From positions 1 to 64,000 of the forward strand of contig JAXGPA010000003.1 in NCBI GenBank assembly GCA_040767195.1: a stretch of DNA of 64,000 nucleotides, in the 5' to 3' direction. The notes beneath the pieces are model-generated. The model did not search any database, had not been told where the DNA came from, and worked only from the letters and a program-made list of their open reading frames with translations. The stretch's first letter is position 1; each line of letters begins with the position of its first letter. This document shows, one piece after another, positions 10,870-21,085 of this stretch. Source of the DNA: Syntrophales bacterium. Its GTDB lineage: Bacteria; Desulfobacterota; Syntrophia; Syntrophales; UBA6807. The position numbers were made by a program, and so were the translations under genes.

Positions 10870-11058
10870 ACGTCCTCCTTGGGTCGGCCTTACCCATTGC
10901 CTGGGAAAAGAAGGCCTCTTTGTGAGTCACCGTCATCGGTTCGCTCAGAATAGCAGGTGTTTCCGTTTTTGACACTTTTTTTTTGACACTTTTTTTAACA
11001 TTCCCGATGAGATTCCCGGGCCTCGTCTTTTTATCGTGCCCCGACCGTTTACCAGCCC

Positions 11059-11086
11059 TTGACAACGCTCAAATCGTGCGTATATT
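11059..11086 (+). promoter_or_regulatory. Putative sigma70 promoter of groES-groEL
   Basis: TTGACA-N16-TATATT. Confidence 0.5.
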
Positions 11087-11212
11087 GACGGTCGAACATT
11101 CACGAAGAATATCAAGCCGTTTAATCGGTCAAAAGGGTTGTTTTACAGCAGGACCGTTTCGACGCTAAAACGGCGTAAAAAAATATGACAGCATAAAGGA
11201 GGTATGGGACTG

Positions 11213-11500
11213 ATGAAGGTAAGGCCTTTGAATGACCAGATCATCGTGGAGCGGGTGGAAAGCGAGGAAAAAACCTCGGGAGGGATTATCATTCCCGACA
11301 CGGCGAAGGAAAAGCCGAGGGAAGGAAAGATTATCGCCGTGGGGAGCGGGAAATTGAATTCGAAAGGGAAACGTCTTTCCATGGATGTAAAGCCCGGTCA
11401 GCGCATTCTTTTTGAACGCTATGCCGGCACGGATATCAAGATAGACGGCAAGGACTACCTCATTATGCGCGAGGACGACGTCCTTTGTGTCATGGAATAA
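11213..11500 (+). CDS. groES: Co-chaperonin GroES
   Basis: [25 protein letters not shown] and YAGTDIK motifs. ATG 11213 is correctly spaced from AAGGAGGT; ATG 11204 abuts the RBS. Confidence 0.96.
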   Translation: MKVRPLNDQIIVERVESEEKTSGGIIIPDTAKEKPREGKIIAVGSGKLNSKGKRLSMDVKPGQRILFERYAGTDIKIDGKDYLIMREDDVLCVME

Positions 11501-11518
11501 CGAGGAGGGAACTGCATC

Positions 11519-13171
<1,653 letters not shown>

Positions 13172-13198
13172 AAAAACCCGTTTTTACCGGTCCGTGAT

Positions 13199-13239
13199 AA
13201 AGCTTCCCCGGATGACCGCCGGTCGCCGGGGAAGCTTTT
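13199..13239 (+). terminator. Intrinsic terminator after groEL
   Basis: AAAGCTTCCCCGG...CCGGGGAAGCTTTT stem-loop. Confidence 0.75.
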
Positions 13240-13331
13240 GAATGACCGGTGACCCGCGTAATGCCCTGAAACGGTCTCTTTCCGACGGCTTTTCACAAGG
13301 CCGTTGACGCCTTTTTCAAAAGGAGGACGGA

Positions 13332-14273
13332 ATGATACACGCCGAAGGCCTCACGAAAGACTACGGGAACCTCCGTGCCGTCGACGGAATCACTTTCGAC
13401 ATTTCGAGGGGGGAAGTTCTCGGCCTTCTCGGGCCGAACGGTGCCGGAAAGACGACGACCCTGCGGATGATCACCGGGTACCTGGCGCCGACATCCGGTT
13501 CCATCCGGATCGGCGGCCGGTCCATCCAGGAAGACCTCCTGGAAATCAAGAAGACCATGGGATATCTCCCCGAGTCGGCTCCTCTTTACAAAGACATGCT
13601 CGTTTACGACTATCTCGTCTACGCGGCGGAGATCCGGGGACTTGAGAAGGAAAGGCGAATGGAACGGCTCAAGGAACTGGCAGGGCTCTGCGGGATCGGT
13701 GACATCATGCACAGGACCGTCGGTGAGCTTTCCCGGGGCCTCAAACAGCGGGTGGGAATCGCCTACGCCATGATCTCCGATCCCGAAATCCTCATACTGG
13801 ACGAGCCCACCGCCGGCCTCGACCCGAATCAGATTGCCGAAATCCGCGAGATCATACGGGAAATCGGAAAGAAAAAAACGGTCATCCTTTCCACCCACAT
13901 TCTCAGTGAAGCGGAAGCCACCTGCGACCGGATCATGATCATCGACCGGGGGCGGATCGTCGCCGACGACGCCACGGATGCGCTGAAACAGAGCGCGGCG
14001 GGCCGCGTGGTCATTCACCTGGGGTTCCGGGAGACAGGGGATGCCGATGAGGTCATCTCCCTCCTGGGCACCGTGGAAGGGGTGGAAAAGATCGAGCGGG
14101 TCGACGGGGGGGAGCCGGGCACGTCCCATTTCAGGCTTTACGGCGATCCCGCTTCGGACGTCCGGGACCGCGTGTACGATAAAATCCGTGAGACGGGCTG
14201 GCGCCTCACGGAATTTTACCGGGAAAAGAGGACCCTGGAAGCCATCTTCCGGGAACTGACCAGGGAGGGCTGA
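13332..14273 (+). CDS. ABC transporter ATP-binding protein (GldA-like, ABC-2 type)
   Basis: Walker A GPNGAGKTT, signature LSRGLKQR, Walker B LILDEPT, H-loop STH. Confidence 0.93.
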   Translation: MIHAEGLTKDYGNLRAVDGITFDISRGEVLGLLGPNGAGKTTTLRMITGYLAPTSGSIRIGGRSIQEDLLEIKKTMGYLPESAPLYKDMLVYDYLVYAAEIRGLEKERRMERLKELAGLCGIGDIMHRTVGELSRGLKQRVGIAYAMISDPEILILDEPTAGLDPNQIAEIREIIREIGKKKTVILSTHILSEAEATCDRIMIIDRGRIVADDATDALKQSAAGRVVIHLGFRETGDADEVISLLGTVEGVEKIERVDGGEPGTSHFRLYGDPASDVRDRVYDKIRETGWRLTEFYREKRTLEAIFRELTREG

Positions 14274-14274
14274 C

Positions 14275-14976
14275 ATGAGGGCGTTCACTGTCTTCGCCAA
14301 GGAACTCCGCGATTATTTCGTTTCTCCCATCGCTTATATCGTCATTTCCATTTTTCTCCTCGTGACGGGCTGGTTCTTCTTCACCCCCTTCTTCCTCTTC
14401 AACCAGGCGAGCCTCCGGGATTTCTTCGCCCTTCTCCCCATCGTTTTCTCCTTCATCGTTCCGGCCGTGACGATGCGTCTCTTTTCGGAAGAATTCAACA
14501 TGGGGTCCTATGAAATCCTGGAAACCCTTCCGGTGACCACCCGGGACATCATTATCGGAAAATTCCTGGCCGCGGCGGCCCTCGCGGCGGCCCTCCTCGT
14601 TCCCACCCTTGCCTATCCGCTCATCGTTTCCCTGCTCGGCGACCTCGACTGGGGGCCCATAGCGGGAGGCTACCTGGGCGCCCTTTTCCTGGGGGCCGCA
14701 TACGGTGCCATCGGCCTTTTCGCGTCGTCCCTCACGAAAAACCAGATCATCGCGTTCATCGTGGGGGCCGTTCTGTGCTTCGCCCTGACCCTGATCGACA
14801 AGATGCTCTTTTTCTTCCCCCCCCAGGCGGTCTCCGTTTTGAGCTATCTCGGAGCGGACGCCCATTTCCAGAATATTTCCCGGGGCATTATCGATTCCCG
14901 GGACTTTCTCTATTTTCTGAGCATCATCTTCCTCGGTTTGTACGGGACGTCCCTGGCGCTGGAAAACAGAAAATAG
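14275..14976 (+). CDS. ABC-2 permease (GldF-like)
   Basis: KELRDYFVSPIAY, PAVTMRLFSEE and SSLTKNQIIA motifs; six TM segments. Confidence 0.9.
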   Translation: MRAFTVFAKELRDYFVSPIAYIVISIFLLVTGWFFFTPFFLFNQASLRDFFALLPIVFSFIVPAVTMRLFSEEFNMGSYEILETLPVTTRDIIIGKFLAAAALAAALLVPTLAYPLIVSLLGDLDWGPIAGGYLGALFLGAAYGAIGLFASSLTKNQIIAFIVGAVLCFALTLIDKMLFFFPPQAVSVLSYLGADAHFQNISRGIIDSRDFLYFLSIIFLGLYGTSLALENRK

Positions 14977-14994
14977 GAAAGGAGGGAACATCCG

Positions 14995-17169
14995 GTGAGC
15001 AAAAAAGGAAACGCTTATATAAAATTTCTTCTGTACGCCGTCCTGGTGGTCCTCATCAACGTCGCGGGGATGAACCTCTTCTTCCGGTTCGACCTGACGG
15101 AAAGCGGCCAGTACTCCCTTTCCGACGCCAGCCGCCGGGTTGTTTCCACCCTGTCGGAGCCTCTCACCATCAAGGTCTTCTTCACGAAAAATCTCCCCGC
15201 CCCCTACAACGGCACGGAGCGTTACCTGAGGGACCTCCTGGAGGAGTACGGGATCTACGGGAACCGCCATTTCAATTACCAGTTCTTCGATGTCAACCCC
15301 GAGGGGGATTCGGGGAAAGCCCGGGAAAACGAGGAAACGGCCCGTAACTACGGAATCCATCCCGTCCAGATCCAGCACATCGAGAAGGACGAGGTCAAAT
15401 TCAGAAAGGCTTACATGGGGCTCGTCCTCATCCACGGGGACCTGATCGAAAGAATCCCCACCATCACGGGGACGGAGGGCCTGGAATACAGGATAACCAC
15501 CTCCATCATGAAACTTAACGACAAGATCAGCGCCCTTCTCGCTCTCCAGGGCAAGGTGGCGGTGAAACTCTTCCTGTCGTCGTCCCTGAACCGCGTGGCC
15601 CCCTACATGGGGGTGGAGGGGCTCCCGGAACTGCCCGCGGGGATCGAGGGCGTCGTCAAGGATCTGAACGTCAAGAATTACGACACGCTCGAATTTGAGT
15701 TCATAGACCCCGAAGCGGGCGAGGAGGCCGCGTCGGCGGCGGAGAAATACAGGCTCATGACCCTCAAGTGGCCGGCCTTGGAGGACGGCAAGGTGGAGGC
15801 CGGGCAGGGGATCATCGGCCTCGTCATGGCGTACGGCGGGAAGACGGCGGAGGTCCCCGTCATGAACGTCATGAGGATTCCCCTATTCGGGACCCAGTAC
15901 AGCCTGGTGCCCCTGGACCAGGTGCGGGAACTCATGGAAGGCCAGCTCGACAGCCTCATCGATATCCACGAGGATATCGGGTACCTGGCCGACCATGGCA
16001 CCCTGAAAACCTTTGCCATGCCGGGAATGGAAGGGGATGAACGAAGCGGCGCGAATTTTCATGCCCTCCTGTCACGGGGCTACACGGTCCGCGATGTCCG
16101 CCTGAAGGACGGCCCCCTGCTGGACAATGTCAACTGCCTCATCATCGCCGGTCCGACGGAGAAATTTTCCGAATACGAGCTTTTTCAGATCGACCAGTTT
16201 CTCATGAAGGGGAAAAACCTGGCTCTCTTCCTCGATCCCCTGGAGGAAAAAACGCCTCCGGGGAACCCTTCCGCCCGGTTCAGTCCCGGCGGCGCCGGGG
16301 CTTTCGTTCCCGTCGAAACGGGACTGGATAAGCTCCTCGAGCATTACGGGGCTTCCCTGGAGAAGGCCTTTGTCCTCGACGAGAATTCCTACCGGCAGCG
16401 CCTGGCCCCCCGGTTGGGCGGCGGGGAACGGCCCGTTTATTTCGCTCCCATCATAAAGAGCGACAACATCAACAGGACACCGCCCTACATGAAGAACATC
16501 CGGGGTCTCGTGGTCATGAAAACGGCCCCCCTGGATTTAAAGGGGGAACGCCTGAAAGAGCTGGGGCTGAAAGGGGAGGGGCTCGTCAATTCCTCCGCCC
16601 GCTCCTGGACGGTGAGCCGGGTGCCGAACCTGAACGCCCTGTTCATGGAAAACCCGCCCCCGGAAACGGAGATGAAAAAACACCTGCTGGCGGCGGTCGT
16701 GGAGGGGGAATTTCCCAGCTACTTCAAGGGGAAGCCCCTCCCGGAGAGAGAAATGGAAAAAACGGAAGGAGAGGAGCCCGGTGCAACGACTCCCTCTTCC
16801 CCGGTTCCCGTGGAACAGGAGGGGGCTGTTCTGGAAACGGGAAAACCCGGCAGGATTTTCCTGATAGGCGGTTCCGATATCCTCACGGACCAGATGGTCG
16901 ATGAAGGGGGAACGACGCCGAACAGCGTCTTTCTTCTCAACGTGGTGGATCACCTGAACGGCCGGGACGACATCGCCGTCATGCGGGGGAAGGAACAGCG
17001 GTTCAATCCCCTGAGCGAAACGAGCGCCCAGGTCAAAACGGCGGTCAAGGCCTTCAATATTGCGGGACTGCCGGTCCTCGTGGTCCTCTTCGGTCTTCTC
17101 GTCTGGTTCCGGAGGGTTTCCCGGAAAAAAGCCATCCAGGCCCTGTTTCAGCCCGCCAGGGAGGGTTGA
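14995..17169 (+). CDS. GldG-family ABC auxiliary protein
   Basis: RFDLTESGQYSLS, IGYLADHG, LIIAGP, IDQFLMKG and NSVFLLNVVDHL motifs; N- and C-terminal TM helices. Confidence 0.88.
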   Translation: MSKKGNAYIKFLLYAVLVVLINVAGMNLFFRFDLTESGQYSLSDASRRVVSTLSEPLTIKVFFTKNLPAPYNGTERYLRDLLEEYGIYGNRHFNYQFFDVNPEGDSGKARENEETARNYGIHPVQIQHIEKDEVKFRKAYMGLVLIHGDLIERIPTITGTEGLEYRITTSIMKLNDKISALLALQGKVAVKLFLSSSLNRVAPYMGVEGLPELPAGIEGVVKDLNVKNYDTLEFEFIDPEAGEEAASAAEKYRLMTLKWPALEDGKVEAGQGIIGLVMAYGGKTAEVPVMNVMRIPLFGTQYSLVPLDQVRELMEGQLDSLIDIHEDIGYLADHGTLKTFAMPGMEGDERSGANFHALLSRGYTVRDVRLKDGPLLDNVNCLIIAGPTEKFSEYELFQIDQFLMKGKNLALFLDPLEEKTPPGNPSARFSPGGAGAFVPVETGLDKLLEHYGASLEKAFVLDENSYRQRLAPRLGGGERPVYFAPIIKSDNINRTPPYMKNIRGLVVMKTAPLDLKGERLKELGLKGEGLVNSSARSWTVSRVPNLNALFMENPPPETEMKKHLLAAVVEGEFPSYFKGKPLPEREMEKTEGEEPGATTPSSPVPVEQEGAVLETGKPGRIFLIGGSDILTDQMVDEGGTTPNSVFLLNVVDHLNGRDDIAVMRGKEQRFNPLSETSAQVKTAVKAFNIAGLPVLVVLFGLLVWFRRVSRKKAIQALFQPAREG

Positions 17170-17171
17170 TC

Positions 17172-18134
17172 ATGAAAATCGGAAAAGAATACCTCGTCCT
17201 GATTCTTCTCATCGCCGCCCTGGGTTTGTACCTTTTTTTCCAGGGAAAGGATCGAACCCGGTACGAACTGCCCGAACCGGCGAAAGTGACGGTGAACAAC
17301 ATCACGGCGATCGATATTACCGCCGGGAAAGAGAGAAGCTTCCAGCTGGTCCGTAAAGAAGACCGCTGGATCCTTCTCCCGGGGGACTATCCTGCCGACG
17401 AAAAAAAAGTTCAGAATCTTCTTGACGACCTGGGAAACGTCACCCTGACGGCCCTGGTGTCGGAATCGAAGAATTATGAACCCTATGACCTGGGCGACGA
17501 CAGGAGGATCCGTGTCCGGGTCCGGGAAGGGGAAAAGGAGGTCCTCCAGGTCGACCTTGGAAAAGCGGCTTCCACGTACCGCCACACCTTCGTCCGGATC
17601 GGGGAAGACCCGCGGGTGTATCACGCCCGGGGCAATCTCCGTTCCCTTTTCGACAAAACCGTTGACGACCTGAGGGATCGGAAGGTCCTTTCCTTCGACA
17701 AAGGGGAGATAACCGAGCTGACGGTGACCGGCCCCGAAAAGAAAGCGACGTTGACCCGGACGGAAATCCCCGTTGAGGAAAAGGAACAGCCCGCAGGCGG
17801 GGAAAAAGAGCCGGAAAAGAAGCAGGAGACCGCCTGGCTCGACGAGACGGGGAAGCGGGCGGACGGCGAAGCGGTCGACCGTCTTCTCGGAAGCCTTTCC
17901 CGGCTGGAATGCGAGAGCTACCTGGAAGGAAAAACGAAGGAAGATTTCAAGGAACCCCTTTACACAGTGGCCGTTGTGGGCCCGGAGGAACACCTTCTTT
18001 TCGTCTATCGGAAAGGCGAGGGAGGGGAGGGGGGGTATCCCGCCGTGTCTTCCCAGAATGGGTGGCCCTTTATCCTGCCCGATCACCGGGTGGACGGCCT
18101 GAAGTCGGCCCTGGACAAAATAACGGCTTCATGA
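17172..18134 (+). CDS. DUF4340-domain protein
   Basis: N-terminal anchor, W...YPADEKKV, LRDRKVL; usual position directly after gldG-like genes. Confidence 0.75.
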   Translation: MKIGKEYLVLILLIAALGLYLFFQGKDRTRYELPEPAKVTVNNITAIDITAGKERSFQLVRKEDRWILLPGDYPADEKKVQNLLDDLGNVTLTALVSESKNYEPYDLGDDRRIRVRVREGEKEVLQVDLGKAASTYRHTFVRIGEDPRVYHARGNLRSLFDKTVDDLRDRKVLSFDKGEITELTVTGPEKKATLTRTEIPVEEKEQPAGGEKEPEKKQETAWLDETGKRADGEAVDRLLGSLSRLECESYLEGKTKEDFKEPLYTVAVVGPEEHLLFVYRKGEGGEGGYPAVSSQNGWPFILPDHRVDGLKSALDKITAS

Positions 18135-18163
18135 AACCCTTTGAATACCGGTAAGAAAAACCC

Positions 18164-18958
18164 GTGGAGCGGATTCTCGTCCAGATTTATGAAATCCAGG
18201 AACCCCGGGAGGCGGAAGCCCTTCTCGGGCTGGGCGTGGACCACATGGGGTCCGTTCTCCTTTCCCGGGAGGCCTGGAAGGTCCCAGCCGTTCGGGATGT
18301 GATGACCCTCCTGAGGCAGGAAGGCGTGAAAAGCTGCCTCATCCCTCTTTTCGACGACCTGGAAGATCTCTGCCGGGCCGTCGATTACTACGAGCCCCGG
18401 ATCCTTCACTTCTGCGAAGCCATAAAGTTTCCGGACCGGGAAAGTCCCGAGACGGACCGGTCGTGGCAGTTCCTGTACGTCCTCCAGGACAAACTGAAAC
18501 GGCGCTACCGGGAATTGGAAATCATGCGGTCCATCCCCATTCCGAAAGAGGGGAAGGGGAATGTCCCCGCGGTTCGGACCGTCATCGAGAACCTCGCGGA
18601 CTTCTTTGCCCCCGTGAGCGACTGGTTTCTCACCGACACCCTCCTGGGGGATCTGTCCACCCCGGGGTTTTACGAGGAGCCCGTCGCGGGCTATGTGGGG
18701 ATCACCGGCGAAACCTGCGACTGGAACCTCGCGGCGGCTCTCGTGGCGAAAAGCCCCGTCCCCGTCATCCTGGCCGGTGGGATATCGCCGGAGAACGTCT
18801 TCGAGGGCGTCCAAAGAGTCCGCCCCGCCGGTGTCGACAGCTGCACCCGGACGAACCGGGTGGACGCCGACGGCCGCCCCGTCCGGTTCCGCAAAGACCC
18901 CGCAAAAGTCCGCCGCCTCGTGGAAGCTATCCGGGGTCGGACCAAGACAGATACTTAA
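18164..18958 (+). CDS. Phosphoribosylanthranilate isomerase-like (TrpF-fold) protein
   Basis: GITGETCDW, VILAGGISPENV, PAGVDSC and KDPAKV motifs; lacks the N-terminal KICG. Confidence 0.7.
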   Translation: MERILVQIYEIQEPREAEALLGLGVDHMGSVLLSREAWKVPAVRDVMTLLRQEGVKSCLIPLFDDLEDLCRAVDYYEPRILHFCEAIKFPDRESPETDRSWQFLYVLQDKLKRRYRELEIMRSIPIPKEGKGNVPAVRTVIENLADFFAPVSDWFLTDTLLGDLSTPGFYEEPVAGYVGITGETCDWNLAAALVAKSPVPVILAGGISPENVFEGVQRVRPAGVDSCTRTNRVDADGRPVRFRKDPAKVRRLVEAIRGRTKTDT

Positions 18959-19140
18959 TAATATTAGACAATCAACCGAAAAAAGTCTCATTTTCGGGCT
19001 TAGAAGGCTGTTTTTTAACCCGAAAAGAGACATCTAACGGGCAATCCGGAAATAAGATCTCTGCTCTTCACAGGCATGGTTAAATCGCAAACGCTGTGAA
19101 ATGAAAGGGATTGACGGGAGGCAGGGGTGAAAGACTCTCG

Positions 19141-19175
19141 AGATCCGGCGGATCTTTGATCCACCGGATCTTTTC
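19141..19175. terminator. Hairpin/terminator between convergent genes
   Basis: AGATCCGGCGGATC-TTT-GATCCACCGGATCT followed by TTT on the + strand. Confidence 0.55.
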
Positions 19176-19184
19176 AATCGCAAG

Positions 19185-20522
19185 CTATCGATTGGAAACG
19201 CGGGTTCTCCTCGATTTGAACCGGGCCGTTCCGAAGAACGACTTTCCCGAAGAGAGAAAAGGCTGAGTGTTGGAAAACCCGGGGGTCTGGCCGACTGCGG
19301 GGGGCGGACAGGTGTTTTCCCGGGGTGATGCCGAAGGATTCCGTTCCGCTGTTCCTCTTGCTTTTCTCCGTCTCGATCCCGTTTTGATGACCGGAACCGG
19401 CAGGGCATAATCAAAATCGTCCAGGGTCCTTCTCTCGATGGTTTCCCCGAGTATCCGTTCAAGGGTCCAGACAAAGGCCCGGTCCTGAAGAGTTACGAAG
19501 GTGAAGGCGGTTCCTGTCCTTTCAGCCCTTCCCGTTCGGCCGATCCGGTGGATGTATGCGTCGGCGGTGTCGGGCATGTCGTAATTGACCACGTGGGATA
19601 TCCGGGAAACATCGATTCCCCGGGCGGCGATGTCGGTGGCCACGAGAACCTGGTATTTGCCGTTCCGGAAGCCGTCGAGGGCCTCCTGCCGCTGATTCTG
19701 TGACAGGTCGCCCTGGAGGGAGGCAACGTTAAACCCGGCTTTTTTCATTTGTCTCGCCACGCGTGTCGTCCGGTCCTTGGTCCGGGTGAAGACGAGGACC
19801 GATTCGGTTTCCGTCTTTTCCAGGATCTTCATGAGAAGAGCCGTCTTCCGGTGGGACTCCACGGGATAAAGGGCGTGAGAAACCGTCGCGACGGGTGCTG
19901 ATTCACCGACCTGGATTGTCACGGGATCACGAAGAATTTCCCGGGCCAGTGACCGGATGTCGTCGGGCATGGTGGCCGAAAAAAGAAGCGTCTGACGCTT
20001 TTCGGGAATCCTTTTCATGATTTTCCGGATGTCCGGCAGGAATCCCATGTCGAACATGCGGTCCGCCTCATCGATGACAAGAACTTCCAGGTCCGACAGG
20101 TCGACGGCGCCCTGGCCCATGAGATCGATGAGCCGCCCCGGGCAGGCTACGACGATATCCGCTCCGGCGCGGAGCTTTTTTACCTGGGGTTCCGTTTTCG
20201 TTCCCCCGTAAACGGTAACGCTTTTCAATTTCGTTTTTGCACCCAGGAGGTTGAAGGATCCATGGGTCTGCTCCGCCAGTTCCCGGGTCGGGGCGATGAT
20301 CAGTGCCCGGATCCTTTTCCGGGTTTCTCCCATGAGACGCTCGAGGATGGGAAGAACAAAGGCGGCCGTTTTGCCTGTCCCTGTCTGGGCCAGGCCCATG
20401 AGGTCCCTGTTTTTTCTTATGAGAGGTATGCACTGTGATTGAATGGCCGTGGGCTCATGATAATCCGCTTTTTCGATACCCGATTCGATATCGGGGTGAA
20501 ACTCAAAGTCTTTGAAATTCAT
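19185..20522 (-). CDS. rhlE: DEAD-box RNA helicase (RhlE-like)
   Basis: AQTGTGKT, PTRELA, DEAD, SAT, ATDIAARGID and HRIGRTGRA motifs. Confidence 0.92.
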   Translation of the reverse strand: MNFKDFEFHPDIESGIEKADYHEPTAIQSQCIPLIRKNRDLMGLAQTGTGKTAAFVLPILERLMGETRKRIRALIIAPTRELAEQTHGSFNLLGAKTKLKSVTVYGGTKTEPQVKKLRAGADIVVACPGRLIDLMGQGAVDLSDLEVLVIDEADRMFDMGFLPDIRKIMKRIPEKRQTLLFSATMPDDIRSLAREILRDPVTIQVGESAPVATVSHALYPVESHRKTALLMKILEKTETESVLVFTRTKDRTTRVARQMKKAGFNVASLQGDLSQNQRQEALDGFRNGKYQVLVATDIAARGIDVSRISHVVNYDMPDTADAYIHRIGRTGRAERTGTAFTFVTLQDRAFVWTLERILGETIERRTLDDFDYALPVPVIKTGSRRRKARGTAERNPSASPRENTCPPPAVGQTPGFSNTQPFLSSGKSFFGTARFKSRRTRVSNR

Positions 20523-20613
20523 TCATTGTCCTTTTTTCATGTGTAATATACCGGTACAGGGCAGGTGCATCTTTGCCCTTCCGTTCCCTGTGAGGAACTT
20601 AAACGCTTAATGT

Positions 20614-20793
20614 TCATCTTTCCGGGGTTGCTTCTTCCGATGGTTGATCCGTGAGGTCCGATGGCGGGTCCAGGGCGGGTTCTTCGTTCCGCTTTTTTTT
20701 GTTCTGGCGTCTGGCCATTTTTTCCGCTGCTTTTCGCTTCTTTTCCATTTCTTTTTGGCGCTTGATGAACTGGTTCGGGCTTCTCCGGGCCAT
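20614..20793 (-). CDS. Small hypothetical protein (59 aa, basic N-terminus, acidic tail)
   Basis: GAGGAGG RBS before ATG 20793; MARRSPNQFIKRQKEMEKKRKAAEKMARRQ... Confidence 0.7.
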   Translation of the reverse strand: MARRSPNQFIKRQKEMEKKRKAAEKMARRQNKKKRNEEPALDPPSDLTDQPSEEATPER

Positions 20794-20892
20794 TGTCCTC
20801 CTCTTCACAGATGGAAAGCTGATTATGAAAAAAGCCCAGACGCTTTTTACAGCTCTGGGCCACCCACCAAAACCGCATCTAAAAGTAGCCTT

Positions 20893-20921
20893 TACTTAGG
20901 GCATTTATGTAACTATGTCAA
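20893..20921 (-). promoter_or_regulatory. Putative sigma70 promoter of the small protein-rhlE unit
   Basis: Minus strand TTGACA-N17-TAAGTA. Confidence 0.45.
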
Positions 20922-21085
20922 GGAAAATAACGTTCCGGTTCATGTCAGTCGTTCCTGGAAGGCGTAAATATTTCCTCCTCGTGCGGGTTTCGTGCGTTCT
21001 TGAAGTTGCGTTTTCCTTCAGGCCGTAACCGTAAAGGAAAAGACGCTGGGTGAGCAAGCTGAACAAAATGAAGTTGAAAAGCTTC

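Noticed and set aside
10870..11212. CIRCE element upstream of groES
   Set aside because: TTAGCACTC-N9-GAGTGCTAA is not present.
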